Notes under the pieces: model-generated | The model's database searches: none | Told to the model about the DNA's origin: nothing | What the model saw: the letters and a program-made list of their open reading frames with translations, nothing else | Part shown: positions 1 through 10,539 of the stretch, one piece after another | Layout of the letters: every line of letters starts with the position of its first letter | Numbering within the stretch: position 1 is the stretch's first letter | Assembly: GCA_029863625.1 (NCBI GenBank) | Contig: JAOTUY010000004.1 | Span: forward strand, 3,517 to 67,516 | Length of the DNA stretch: 64,000 bases | Source: Acidimicrobiia bacterium | Lineage (GTDB): Bacteria; Actinomycetota; Acidimicrobiia; Spongiisociales; UBA4744 | Direction: 5' to 3' | Program-made: the position numbers and the translations under genes

Positions 1-735
<735 letters not shown>

Positions 736-739
<4 letters not shown>

Positions 740-2439
740 GGCAGGTCCTCCCTGCTCAGGATGATGTCGTCGTTCGACCCGCCTGCCGGGACCATCGGGA
801 ACACCATCTCCTCGGTGTCGGTAACGAACTCGACCACGACCGGACGGTCGTCGATGGCGAGCGATTTCTCGATGGTGGGACCGACTTCGTCGGGGGTTTC
901 GGCTCGCAACCCGACACATCCCATCGCCTCTGCCAACATCACATAGTTGGGCACGTCCCGACCCAGGTCGACGGCCGACAACCGGCCCCCGTAGAACAGG
1001 TTCTGCCATTGCTTGACCATGCCGTGGGCGCCGTTATTGAGGATGGCCACCTTGATGGGGATGCGCTCGACGGAGGCGGTAATGAGCTCTTGTGGGGTCA
1101 TCTGAAAGCAGCCGTCCCCGTCGATGGCGTACACCAGATCATCGGGTCTTCCCGCTTTCGCACCGACGGCGGCCGGCACTGCGAAGCCCATCGTTCCAAG
1201 CCCGCCCGAGTTGATCCACTTGCGCGGTTCGGTGAACTTCCAATACTGCGATGCCCACATCTGGTGCTGGCCGACTCCCGACACGACGATCGTGTCGGGT
1301 CCCGCCAGGCGATACAGCTCCTCGATCACGTATTGCGGCTTGATCGGTCCGTCGGGTTGCTGGTCGTAGTGCAGCGGATAGTCGCGTTGCCAGCCGTGCA
1401 CCGTGTCCAGCCACTTCTTGCGGTCGGGGGTGGTCTGGTGGTCCCACTTTTCGAGCAGTTGCTGCAGCACACGGCGGGCGTCACCGACGATGGGGATTTC
1501 CGGCACGCGCACTTTGCCGATCTCGGCCGGATCGACGTCGGCGTGGATGACCTTGGCGTGGGGGGCGAAGGTGGCCGGGTCGCCGGTCACCCGGTCGTCG
1601 AATCGGACACCGATAGAAACCAGCAGATCGGATTTCTGCATGGCGGTAACCGCGGTGTAGTTGCCGTGCATTCCCGGCATGCCGAGCGCCAGCGGATGGA
1701 GATCGGAGATAGCGCCCCGGCCCATCAAGGTTGTCACCACCGGGATTTGGGTGGCCTCGGCGAACCGCAACAACTCTTCGTGGGCGCCGGCTTTGATGAT
1801 CCCTCCACCGACGTATAGAACCGGTCGCTGGGCGGCTTCGATCAATCTGATGGCGTCTTTGATAGGGCGCGGATGCGCATCGACGGTCGGCTTGTAACCG
1901 GGCAAATTCAGCTGGGCAGGCTGGTGCCAGACCAGCTCGGCATTCAACACGTCCTTGGGCAGGTCGACCAGGACGGGCCCGGGCCGGCCGGTGGCCGCTA
2001 TGTGGAATGCCTCGTGGATCACGTCGGGGATTTCACGGGGGTCGGTGACGAAATAGTTGTGCTTGGTAGCCGGCATGGTGATGCCGGTTGTGTAAGCCTC
2101 TTGGAAGGCATCGTTGCCGACTGCATGCGTGGGAACCTGGCCGGTGATGGCAACCATCGGCACCGAGTCGACCAGCGCATCCGCCAGAGGCGTTACCAGG
2201 TTGGTTGCGGCCGGACCGGAGGTGACCATGGTCACACCGACCCGCCCGGTCGCCCAGGCGTACCCCTCAGCCATGTGCCCGGCGCCTTGCTCGTGACGGG
2301 CGAGGATGTGCCGGATCGGACTGTCGAGGATCGGGTCATAGGCGGGAAGGATGGCGCCGCCCGGTACGCCGAACACGATCTCGACCCCTTCGTGTTCGAG
2401 TGCCTTGATGAGGGCTTGTGCGCCGGTGATGGTGCTCAT
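736..2439 (-). CDS. ilvB: Acetolactate synthase large subunit, biosynthetic type
   Basis: FGVPGGAIL, RHEQGAGHMAEGYA, TSGPAATN, ThDP-binding GDGCFQM...NN; start placed at MSTITGAQ. Confidence 0.96.
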
Positions 2440-2463
2440 CGCCTGATCCCTTCTTTGGGTATG

Positions 2464-2494
2464 AAAAAACCCTCCGGCTCTTGGCAACGGAGGG
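2464..2494 (-). terminator. Intrinsic terminator of the ilvB attenuator
   Basis: On minus strand CCCTCCG...CGGAGGG stem followed by TTTTTT, about 25 nt upstream of the ilvB start. Confidence 0.85.
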
Positions 2495-2521
2495 CGGCGC
2501 ACACGTCGAGCGACGCGTGCG

Positions 2522-2557
2522 CTAGGTAAGTACGAGGACGGTGTTGATTGCTTGCAT
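2522..2557 (-). CDS. ilvB operon leader peptide MQAINTVLVLT
   Basis: 12-codon ORF (ATG 2557, TAG 2522-2524) with Ile/Val/Leu codons, directly upstream of a hairpin and the terminator. Confidence 0.8.
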   Translation of the reverse strand: MQAINTVLVLT

Positions 2558-2570
2558 GGTTGAACCCGAG

Positions 2571-2599
2571 AGTATGCGGGAATGAAGACGCTATGTCAA
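2571..2599 (-). promoter_or_regulatory. Housekeeping sigma promoter of the ilv leader
   Basis: TTGACA (2599-2594), 17-nt spacer, CATACT (2576-2571). Confidence 0.75.
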
Positions 2600-2691
2600 G
2601 GAGCTGACCGGGGCCGGGTGGCGTTCCCTCCGGCTGCCCAAGCGGGCGGGAGCCTACCAATCAAGTGAGCAGTACCAACCGGGAGGATCGG

Positions 2692-3240
2692 ATGACCGAG
2701 TCAACCCTCGACCAGGTTCTGGCTGAGCTCAATGATCTCCAGCGAAGAATGAGTGAGCTTCCGGACGATGCCTTTGCGGAACGCGTGATGGTGCGAGAGC
2801 GACGTCGGGAGCTCCACGCGCAAGCTGCAGAGTTGCGTGGTGCCAGTCGATCACTTGAGGGCCTGCAAAAGGAGCTTCAGGATTTGCGCCGACTGCGTGA
2901 TGAGGTGTTCGATCGTCATCTGAGCATCGGCAACATTGGCGCAGGGGGCGGAGAGGGTGGCGGTGGAGTCGAGGTGCGCTACGTCAACGAAGTCAACCGG
3001 ACCATTGACGAGGCAGGGGCACTGAGCAGAATCAACCGGCAAATCCGGGAGCTGGAAGTTGAACTAGGCCGCCGCCTCCAATCGGGAGAGGGAAGCTGGA
3101 CGGGGTTGCCTTGGGTCGGGAGCTGTTGTTTGATCGGCCGGACCGACCGAAAGCCGCGCCAGGGGTCAACCGAGTCAGCTCTCGCAACGCCACCTGTTCT
3201 GAGCGATCAGCTTGGGATGCTTGGGCCAACCTCGATGTGA
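2692..3240 (+). CDS. Hypothetical coiled-coil protein
   Basis: GGAGGA RBS before ATG 2692; E/L/R-rich helical sequence with a Gly-rich linker; no family recognised. Confidence 0.6.
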   Translation: MTESTLDQVLAELNDLQRRMSELPDDAFAERVMVRERRRELHAQAAELRGASRSLEGLQKELQDLRRLRDEVFDRHLSIGNIGAGGGEGGGGVEVRYVNEVNRTIDEAGALSRINRQIRELEVELGRRLQSGEGSWTGLPWVGSCCLIGRTDRKPRQGSTESALATPPVLSDQLGMLGPTSM

Positions 3241-3278
3241 TTGTGGGAAACATCTCGCAACGGCGTAGTTTGGTCGAT

Positions 3279-3689
3279 ATGGATTTCGATCGAGGTACGA
3301 AGCCGCGCAGCACGCTATTGAGATTGGACGGTGGCATCAACCTCGTTCTGGGCGTGCTGCTGATGACTTTCCCCACGGAGTTGGTTGAGACATTCGGAAT
3401 GCCGCCGACGGAGGAGCGGTTCTATCCCACCGTTCTCGGCGCAGTGCTGTTCGGGATAGGCATCGCTCTATTTCTCGAAGCGAACCGGTTGCCGGGCGGA
3501 ATCATGGGTCTCGGCTTGGGCGGGGCTATCGCCATCAATCTGGTCGCGGCCGGCGCCCTCATCTTTTGGATCGTCTGGGGCGACCTCGAGGTCCCCACCC
3601 GGGGGCGGGTTTTGCTGGGGGTCATGTCCGCGGCCCTGGTGGCCATCAGCAGTTTCGAGCTGTGGGTGCGGTGGAATCGGCGTCCCTAG
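3279..3689 (+). CDS. Hypothetical membrane protein (about 4 TM helices)
   Basis: Four hydrophobic segments; ATG 3279 lies 7 nt after a TAGTTT -10-like hexamer. Confidence 0.7.
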   Translation: MDFDRGTKPRSTLLRLDGGINLVLGVLLMTFPTELVETFGMPPTEERFYPTVLGAVLFGIGIALFLEANRLPGGIMGLGLGGAIAINLVAAGALIFWIVWGDLEVPTRGRVLLGVMSAALVAISSFELWVRWNRRP

Positions 3690-3756
3690 AAGCCGCCGCA
3701 CGGCGACCAAACCTTTGGCCGCCCCTCGGCATCCGACAGATGTGGTGGCGGTACGC

Positions 3757-3797
3757 ATTTCTCAGTTCCCAGTTCCCGGTTCTCAGTCCCAGTTCTC
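3757..3797 (+). repeat. Degenerate heptamer tandem repeat (RGTTCYY)
   Basis: ATTTCTC AGTTCCC AGTTCCC GGTTCTC AGTCCC AGTTCTC. Confidence 0.75.
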
Positions 3798-3850
3798 AAT
3801 AGTGCTCCGAACCCATCGATCCGCTGATGCCCTTTGTCTACCTGTCTCTC

Positions 3851-3872
3851 TGTCACTGTGATGTGCCACCAT
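3851..3872 (+). promoter_or_regulatory. Possible PafBC-type (RecA-NDp-like) leaderless promoter of the NYN gene
   Basis: TGTCAC-N10-CACCAT, then 6 nt to GTG 3879; the -10 hexamer is imperfect. Confidence 0.4.
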
Positions 3873-3878
3873 GGGACC

Positions 3879-5117
3879 GTGACCGATTGGATACCACCCG
3901 AACTGCTCTTGCCGGCGTTCAAAGCCGTGCGGAAAGCCCTGCGGGAACTTGATCCCGATGAGGTCCCGGCGGTGCTGCGGCGCATTGCCGGTCAGAGTGG
4001 ACGCCGATTGCCGCCACCGCTCGCCCGCAAACTGGTCGAAACACTCGACGAGAATGAATGGCTGCGCGAGAAAGCAGCTGAAGCAGGTGCCGACCTCGAT
4101 CCAAACAGTTCGGATCCGGCTCGAGCCGTATCGGCCCTCTTCTTGCTCCGCCCGGAAGGTTGGGAAGACCTTGCCCGCAAGGCGGTGGAGCATCGAGCGA
4201 CGGGCACCCAGCAGGCGCTGGTGGCCACATTGCAGCGAACCATCGCCGAACTCCAACAGGAGTTGGGGGCCGCTCGCGAGAAAGCCAAAGGCGCTCAGCA
4301 ACGCGCCCAAACGGCGGCGGTCGAAGCCGACCGCAAAGCACAGGCTGCTCGCAGCACAGCTGAGACTGCCCGCACCGAGGAGCGGGAGGCTGCGGACGAG
4401 CTACGTCGCGCCTACGGGACGCTTCTGGACCGATATCAACGGTTGGTGCAGGATCTCGAAGAAGCCGGTGACCGCATCACCACCCTGCGCGATGAGTTGC
4501 TGCGCGCCAGAAGAGCCGTACGGGAAACCGCGGCTCCGGCCGGTCCGCAGGCATGGGCGGCCCGCGATCCAGTGGCTATCGCCCGGATGCTTGACGATAT
4601 CGTCGAGGCGCTTCGTCCGGAGGCGGTGACCGTCGCTCGCGAGGTGGTCGAAGAAGAATCTCCGCCCTTCGCTCTTCCGGCCGGCGTCAGTCCCGACCAG
4701 CCTGGTGCTGTCGCCTGGCTTGCGACGTACCAGGAGCCCTACGTTCTCGTGGTCGACGGATACAACGTCACCTTCCTGTTTGATGAGGAAGGCTTCAGCG
4801 AGACGGCCACCCGCGATCGGCTGAACGAGGGGTTGGCCAGATTCCGTCGAGTTGCGGTGGCCCCGGTGCGGGTGATTGTCGTGTACGACTCGGCGCAATC
4901 TGGTGGAGTGACTTCCAGCCCGGGACCCGGGGGCATTGAGATTCGTTTCACCGAATCCGGCCACACCGCCGACGAGGAGATCCTGGCCATCGCCATCCGA
5001 GCCCCGGTCCGTCTGGCGGTCGTTAGCACCGACCGGCAGGTGCGAGAGGGAGCCGAAGAGTTCGGGGCGCTCGGACTGTGGAGTCAGGCGCTGGTTGCCT
5101 GGTTGGAGCGTCGATGA
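3879..5117 (+). CDS. NYN-domain (YacP/Rae1-like PIN-fold) RNase with a long N-terminal coiled coil
   Basis: C-terminal LVVDGYNV, VIVVYDS, TADEEI and VVSTDRQV motifs; central coiled coil. Confidence 0.85.
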   Translation: MTDWIPPELLLPAFKAVRKALRELDPDEVPAVLRRIAGQSGRRLPPPLARKLVETLDENEWLREKAAEAGADLDPNSSDPARAVSALFLLRPEGWEDLARKAVEHRATGTQQALVATLQRTIAELQQELGAAREKAKGAQQRAQTAAVEADRKAQAARSTAETARTEEREAADELRRAYGTLLDRYQRLVQDLEEAGDRITTLRDELLRARRAVRETAAPAGPQAWAARDPVAIARMLDDIVEALRPEAVTVAREVVEEESPPFALPAGVSPDQPGAVAWLATYQEPYVLVVDGYNVTFLFDEEGFSETATRDRLNEGLARFRRVAVAPVRVIVVYDSAQSGGVTSSPGPGGIEIRFTESGHTADEEILAIAIRAPVRLAVVSTDRQVREGAEEFGALGLWSQALVAWLERR

Positions 5118-5140
5118 CGAGAATTCGTCAGTTTTCTAAC

Positions 5141-5304
5141 CGTTTTTGGCGACCTGACTCGCCGGCCAGAGGCCGAACCCACGACACAGCCGTGGGGCTG
5201 ATAGCTGGTGGGGAGGGCGGCGAGAGCCCCGGTGGGGTCCGCCCGATCGCCTTCCCAGGCGGCGCTCACCGTGATTGAAGCCTCGGTCGAGGAAGCCGAA
5301 AACG
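5141..5304. ncRNA. Candidate structured RNA, family not recognised
   Basis: 10-bp closing stem CGTTTTTGGC/GCCGAAAACG around several internal helices, filling most of a 280-bp intergenic gap. Confidence 0.4.
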
Positions 5305-5344
5305 TACCGCACTCTCCTTTCCGATCGACCCTGCTCCCTGTTCT

Positions 5345-5366
5345 TGTCACACCCGATCTCTACCTT
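5345..5366 (+). promoter_or_regulatory. PafBC-type (RecA-NDp-like) promoter
   Basis: tTGTCAC-ACCCGATCTC-TACCTT fits the TGTCRN-N10-TANNNT spacing. Confidence 0.55.
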
Positions 5367-5399
5367 GTGGATCAGTACACGAAGAGCCGGAGGAGCCAG

Positions 5400-5603
5400 A
5401 TGCGGATCGACTGCGACGAATGCGCCATGCAGCACACCGTCACCTGCAACGATTGCGTGGTGGCGGTCCTCCTGCGAGAAACGGACGGGCCGCTTGAGAT
5501 CGACACCGCCGAGGCGGTTGCTCTGAGCGCCATGGCGGACGTGGGCCTCGTGCCACGCCTTCGCCTCGTGCGCCACGACGACGATCTGGAGGCCAGCGCC
5601 TGA
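5400..5603 (+). CDS. Small Cys-rich protein (CxxC-x7-CxxC), 67 aa
   Basis: AGGAG RBS before ATG 5400; MRIDCDECAMQHTVTCNDCVVAVLL...GLVPRLRL. Confidence 0.8.
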   Translation: MRIDCDECAMQHTVTCNDCVVAVLLRETDGPLEIDTAEAVALSAMADVGLVPRLRLVRHDDDLEASA

Positions 5604-5703
5604 GCACTGCCCTGCCGGGCTGAAGTTGGCGGAGGGGCACCGGTGTGCTTGGGGAAGCCATGCCGGTGCCCTCGAGGGGCTCGGCCCTGCGGCCGGAGAG
5701 CGG

Positions 5704-7386
5704 CTACTCGTCGGTGACGCAGCCCTCGGACGCCGACTTGACGCTGCGGATGTACTTATAGAGGGTGCCGCGCGTCGCCTGCAGTGGTGGCGGCACCCAC
5801 GCGTTCCGACGTCGGGCCAGTTCGGCTTCGGTGAGCTCGAGTTCGATCGATCGAGTTTCCGAGTTGATGGTGATCGTGTCTCCGTCCTCAACGAGCCCGA
5901 TGGGACCGCCGTCCTGAGCTTCGGGGGTCACGTGTCCGATGAGGAACCCGTGGGAACCACCTGAGAATCGACCATCGGTGATTAGGGCCACTTCGCCGCC
6001 CAGGCCCGCCCCGACAATGGCGGAGGTCGGGGTCAGCATCTCCGGCATCCCAGGCCCACCTCGCGGGCCCTCGTAACGGATGATGACGACGTCACCGGGA
6101 TGGATCTCACCACGCTCGAGCGCAGCCAGCATCGACTCTTCCCGGTCGAAGGGCCGGGCCCGACCCGAGAATTGAAGGCCTTCCTTCCCCGTGATTTTGG
6201 CGACCGCACCGCCGGGGGCCAGGCTCCCGCGCAGGATCGAGATGTGGCCGGTTTCTTTGATGGGAGCCGTCCATGGTCGGATAACATCCTGCCCATCGGT
6301 GAGTCCCGGCAGGTCGGCGAGGTTCTCCGCCATCGTCCGGCCCGTCACCGTCAGGCAGTCGCCGTGCAGTGCATCGTGCTCGAGGAGCAACTTGAGCACG
6401 GCTGGCGTCCCACCCACCTGATGGAGATTCTCCATAACGTACCGCCCGCTTGGTTTGAGATCGGCCAGGAACGGGACCCGGTCGCTGATCGTTTGAAAAT
6501 CGTCGATAGTCAAAGTCACATCGACCGAGCGCGCCATAGCCAGCAGATGGAGGACGGCATTGGTCGAACCGCCCAGCACCATCGTCAAGGTAATGGCGTT
6601 TTCGAATGCCGACCGGGTCATGATGTCGGTTGGCTTGGTATTGGCCTCGAGGAGCCGGCGGATGGCCGCCCCGGCCCGGAAACACTCGTCGAGCTTGGCT
6701 GGATCGGTGGCCGGTATCGACGAGCTGAATGGCAGGCTCATGCCGAGCGCCTCAATAGCCGCAGCCATCGTGTTGGCGGTGTACATACCACCGCAGGCAC
6801 CGGCTCCCGGGCAGGCATACCTCACAACGTCGAAGCGTTCGTCCTCGGAGATCCGACCGGCGATGAACTCGCCGTACGACTGGAAGGCGGAAACGATGTC
6901 GAGCGGTTCGCCCGATCGGCCGACGCCCGCCCTGATGGTACCCCCGTACACCATCAGCGACGGCCGGTTGACGCGGCCCATTGCCATCACCGACCCCGGC
7001 ATATTCTTGTCACACCCGGGTATCGAAATGTTGGCGTCGTACCACTGGGCCCGCATGACGGTCTCGATTGAGTCGGCGATCAGGTCGCGCGACTGCAGCG
7101 AGTAGCTCATCCCTTCCGTGCCCATCGAGATGCCATCGGATACCCCGATGGTGTTGAACCTCATCCCAACCAGGCCGGCGGCCACCACGCCTTCCTTCAC
7201 GGCTGCCGCCAGCTGATCGAGGTGCATGTTGCAGGAGTTTCCCTCGTACCACATGCTGGCGATCCCTATCTGGGCTTTTTCCATGTCTTCTTCGGTCAGA
7301 CCTGTCGCATAGAGCATTGCCTGCGAAGCACCCTGCGAAGCGGGCCCGGTGATACGGCGACTGGTGTGGTTGAGTTGGTCGGGCAT
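5704..7386 (-). CDS. ilvD: Dihydroxy-acid dehydratase
   Basis: [46 protein letters not shown]; TATGAT 6 nt before ATG 7386. Confidence 0.96.
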   Translation of the reverse strand: MPDQLNHTSRRITGPASQGASQAMLYATGLTEEDMEKAQIGIASMWYEGNSCNMHLDQLAAAVKEGVVAAGLVGMRFNTIGVSDGISMGTEGMSYSLQSRDLIADSIETVMRAQWYDANISIPGCDKNMPGSVMAMGRVNRPSLMVYGGTIRAGVGRSGEPLDIVSAFQSYGEFIAGRISEDERFDVVRYACPGAGACGGMYTANTMAAAIEALGMSLPFSSSIPATDPAKLDECFRAGAAIRRLLEANTKPTDIMTRSAFENAITLTMVLGGSTNAVLHLLAMARSVDVTLTIDDFQTISDRVPFLADLKPSGRYVMENLHQVGGTPAVLKLLLEHDALHGDCLTVTGRTMAENLADLPGLTDGQDVIRPWTAPIKETGHISILRGSLAPGGAVAKITGKEGLQFSGRARPFDREESMLAALERGEIHPGDVVIIRYEGPRGGPGMPEMLTPTSAIVGAGLGGEVALITDGRFSGGSHGFLIGHVTPEAQDGGPIGLVEDGDTITINSETRSIELELTEAELARRRNAWVPPPLQATRGTLYKYIRSVKSASEGCVTDE

Positions 7387-7456
7387 CCAAGAATCATAGG
7401 GCCAATCGATTCCTTGGCCCGACCCCGTCCGGTGCAAGCTCCGATAGCCTGACCGG

Positions 7457-8563
7457 GTGCACGATATCGTCGCCCAACTCCAGCAAACCGCCTCCATGAA
7501 TGGGCTCGTACGGCTCGGCATTTGCGACGCCGAGCCGTTTGCCGACGTCAGGGTCGAGATGAACCGGCGGAAAGCGGGCGGCGAGGCCGGGCGGTTGCGC
7601 TTCACCTACACCGATCCCGAGGTCGCTACCGACATCCGCCGAACGTTTCCCTGGGCAAACCGTCTGGTAGTGGGGGCGATCACGTACCTGCCCGCGGCAG
7701 GAAACCCCGGACCGCTCCGGGCGAATTACGGTCGCGTAGCCCGGTTTGCGACCCTTGATCACTATCAGGCGCTGCGAGGGGCCCTCGAATCGGTCCGCGA
7801 CGTCCTCAGGGTCGCCGGGAATCAGGCCGAGGTCCTGATCGACGACAGCCGCCTGGTCGATCGGGCCGCTGCGGTCCGAGCCGGGGCTGCCTGGTGGGGG
7901 AAGAGCACGATGGCGCTGACTCCCAGGTACGGGCCGTGGACACTGCTTGGGTCGGTGGTAACCGATGCGGAACTTCCTGTTACCTCACCAATGCGCAGGG
8001 ATTGCGGCACCTGCGTGGCGTGCATACCGGCCTGCCCGACCGGGGCTCTCGATCAGGAGGGAACTATCGACGCCACTCTTTGTATCTCCTATTGGGCGCA
8101 AATGCCCGGTGTCATTCCCGTATCGATTCGGGAGGCCTGGGGAGATCGGCTCTACGGGTGCGACGACTGTCTCGATGCGTGCCCGCCCGGTTGGCGGTGG
8201 TTGGCTCGCGCTCCTTTTGGGGCGGGTCGCGTCGACCTGCTGGAGGCTCTGGCCATACCGGATGACGACCTGTTGAACGCCTATGCCCATTTCTATACGC
8301 CCCGCAACGACCCGGCCTACCTTCGACGGAACGCACTCGTTGCGCTCGGCCATAGCGGTTCGCCGGAGGCGATTCCAGTCCTGGCCGGCTATCTGGCGGT
8401 TAATCGGGCGATGCTCCGCTTGCACGCCGCCTGGGCGCTCGGTTGGATGGGTGGGGCCGAAGCTGAAGCGGCCCTGGAGCGGGCGGTGCTTTCTGAAGCG
8501 GACCCGACTGTGCGTTCCGAGATCCAAGTTGCCATCCAGGCGTCGGCCGGCGGGCCCGGATAA
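7457..8563 (+). CDS. queG: Epoxyqueuosine reductase with C-terminal HEAT-like repeats
   Basis: [59 protein letters not shown]. Confidence 0.9.
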   Translation: MHDIVAQLQQTASMNGLVRLGICDAEPFADVRVEMNRRKAGGEAGRLRFTYTDPEVATDIRRTFPWANRLVVGAITYLPAAGNPGPLRANYGRVARFATLDHYQALRGALESVRDVLRVAGNQAEVLIDDSRLVDRAAAVRAGAAWWGKSTMALTPRYGPWTLLGSVVTDAELPVTSPMRRDCGTCVACIPACPTGALDQEGTIDATLCISYWAQMPGVIPVSIREAWGDRLYGCDDCLDACPPGWRWLARAPFGAGRVDLLEALAIPDDDLLNAYAHFYTPRNDPAYLRRNALVALGHSGSPEAIPVLAGYLAVNRAMLRLHAAWALGWMGGAEAEAALERAVLSEADPTVRSEIQVAIQASAGGPG

Positions 8564-8750
8564 CACGGGGGGGAGGGGGGAGCGTTGTCGCAGTAGTTGG
8601 AAAGCTGGGGTCATCCTGGCGTTCAATGAGGGTAACCCTCATCCCGTTGTCCGGCGCGGGTACCTCAGAATCTCCGAGGTGATTGCGCGGTTTCCCGACC
8701 CGCCGATGCAAGACCGTGTCGTCGTCGGGCTGGCGGTTACCCTGTTCCCG

Positions 8751-9437
8751 ATGTCGGACCCGATTGTCTGTAGGCAATGTGGAGCCCGTAACCCGCCCGG
8801 TGCAGAGTGGTGCGGGCAGTGTTTCGCGTCCCTGCGTGATCGCCCCGTTGCCGGCCAGGGTGCGTCGCTGGACGGTGACCCGACCGAGGTCCAACCGGCG
8901 ACGCAAACGGCTGGGGTACGGGAGGCTCCACCGACCGGGAACGACGAGCAAGAAGAGTCGGATCCGGCCCCAAGTCCAAAGAGCGGCACGTGGGTTTGCT
9001 CGGTGTGCGAGGTCTTCAACTCACTCGAATTGGAGCGATGTTCCGCCTGCGGCACGTCGATATTTGCTTCCTTTGGCGCCGCGGTTGATGAACAGGTCAG
9101 AGTCGATCCTCAAAAGGCTCTGCTCCGTTCGCTCATGTTTCCGGGACTCGGGCATGCCTACGCCAGGCAGGGTTTGCTTGGGTCGGCGATCGGCGGACTC
9201 GTCCTTATGTCCCTCGGTTTCGGCATCGGGTTGGCGGCTACCGGCGTCAGGAGCTTCGGTTTGCCGCTCATTCTCCTCGCGTTTGCGGTGTGGGTGGCGG
9301 CCGGCTTCGACGCCTTTCGCATTGCAGGCGGCCAAACCACGAGCACCGTCCTCCTGAGGCCCAGAGTCGTCACGGCGTTGGTTGGTTCGGTGGTCGTCCA
9401 GCTAATTCTGGCGGCGTTCCTCAGGGGCAGAACCTGA
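8751..9437 (+). CDS. Zinc-ribbon membrane protein
   Basis: CRQC...CGQC and WVCSVC...CSAC ribbons, FPGLGH motif, three C-terminal TM helices; TACCCT 7 nt before ATG. Confidence 0.75.
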   Translation: MSDPIVCRQCGARNPPGAEWCGQCFASLRDRPVAGQGASLDGDPTEVQPATQTAGVREAPPTGNDEQEESDPAPSPKSGTWVCSVCEVFNSLELERCSACGTSIFASFGAAVDEQVRVDPQKALLRSLMFPGLGHAYARQGLLGSAIGGLVLMSLGFGIGLAATGVRSFGLPLILLAFAVWVAAGFDAFRIAGGQTTSTVLLRPRVVTALVGSVVVQLILAAFLRGRT

Positions 9438-9712
9438 TGCGGTTGGTCTTTGCCGTCTCCTTGGTCCTCGGCATCCTGGCGCTGATTGCCTGGGTGCTGT
9501 TTTGGGGAAGACGGAGCAGCGGTCCCTACCATCGGGGCAGCAAGCCGCAACAGGCTATAGCAGCCACAGTGGCGTTCGGTATGGGCGGTCTCTCGGCGGC
9601 GTACGCCGGCTGGAGTCTCGGTTTGGCGACCGGAGCGGCCGTGGCCGCCGCCGCCCTGGCCTCCTGGTACGCCGGCACGGTCGGCGCGCCCGGCGGTGAG
9701 GGTCGGGACTGA
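9437..9712 (+). CDS. Small hypothetical membrane protein
   Basis: TGATG overlaps with both neighbours; three hydrophobic segments. Confidence 0.7.
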   Translation: MRLVFAVSLVLGILALIAWVLFWGRRSSGPYHRGSKPQQAIAATVAFGMGGLSAAYAGWSLGLATGAAVAAAALASWYAGTVGAPGGEGRD

Positions 9713-10470
9713 TGCTCATCGTTGCAGATGTGCACGGTGAGTTCGACGCGCTCGGCAAGTTGGCCAGAACGGGCGAATCCCTTCTGATCCTCGGGGACCT
9801 CATCAACTACGTCGACTATCGGACGATGGACGGCATCGCCGCTGAAGTGCTTGGCAAGCAGTTCGTGCGCCAGGTAGCTCGTTTCCGCGCCATCGGCGAC
9901 TACGGCGGTTCGCGGGCTCTGTGGAGAGAGAACATGGCCGGTCGCGAGTCCGAGATCCGCCGACAGATAGGAGAGCTTGTCCGGCACCAGTACGAGGAGG
10001 CCCGCCGGGCGCTGGATGGGGGTACCTCGTATGTCACATACGGCAACGTCGACTGGCCGGAGGCGCTGCGAGCGTGTCTCCCCGAGGGGTCAACGTTCGT
10101 GGATGGTGAGGTCGTTGAGATCGAAGGATTCCGGGTTGGTTTTGTCGGCGGAGGGGCACCAACGCCATTGGGTGTGGCCGGGGAGGTATCCGACGAGGCT
10201 ATGGCCGACAAACTGGACCGCCTCGGCCCCGTCGATATCTTGTGTTCGCATGTGCCGCCGGCGGTTGCCGCCCTCAGCACCGACGTCATCACCGGTCGGG
10301 TGGAGGGGAGTTCGGTGGCGATCCTCAGGTATCTGGGGCGACATCAGCCCGCGTTTCACTACTTCGGAGACATTCACCAACCGCAGGCGAGTCGCTGGCG
10401 GGTCGGCGGTACGCGCTGTGTCAATGTCGGCTACTTCCGCGCCACCAGGCGAGCGATCCGTCACCCTTAA
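9712..10470 (+). CDS. Calcineurin-like metallophosphoesterase
   Basis: ADVHG, LGDLIN, YGNVD, SHVPP, FGDIHQP motifs. Confidence 0.9.
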   Translation: MLIVADVHGEFDALGKLARTGESLLILGDLINYVDYRTMDGIAAEVLGKQFVRQVARFRAIGDYGGSRALWRENMAGRESEIRRQIGELVRHQYEEARRALDGGTSYVTYGNVDWPEALRACLPEGSTFVDGEVVEIEGFRVGFVGGGAPTPLGVAGEVSDEAMADKLDRLGPVDILCSHVPPAVAALSTDVITGRVEGSSVAILRYLGRHQPAFHYFGDIHQPQASRWRVGGTRCVNVGYFRATRRAIRHP

Positions 10471-10539
10471 TCTTCCTATCTGTCTCCGCCGGATCGCTAC
10501 GCTGGGCTGAACAGGTAGTACCAAGGAGAAAGAAGGAAC

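Noticed and set aside
3757-3797. Short repeats as a possible CRISPR array
   Set aside because: Units are 7 nt and contiguous, with no spacers and no cas genes in the window
5208-5399. N-terminal extension of the CxxC ORF given in the ORF track
   Set aside because: A good RBS and promoter lie just before ATG 5400, and the extension overlaps the structured spacer
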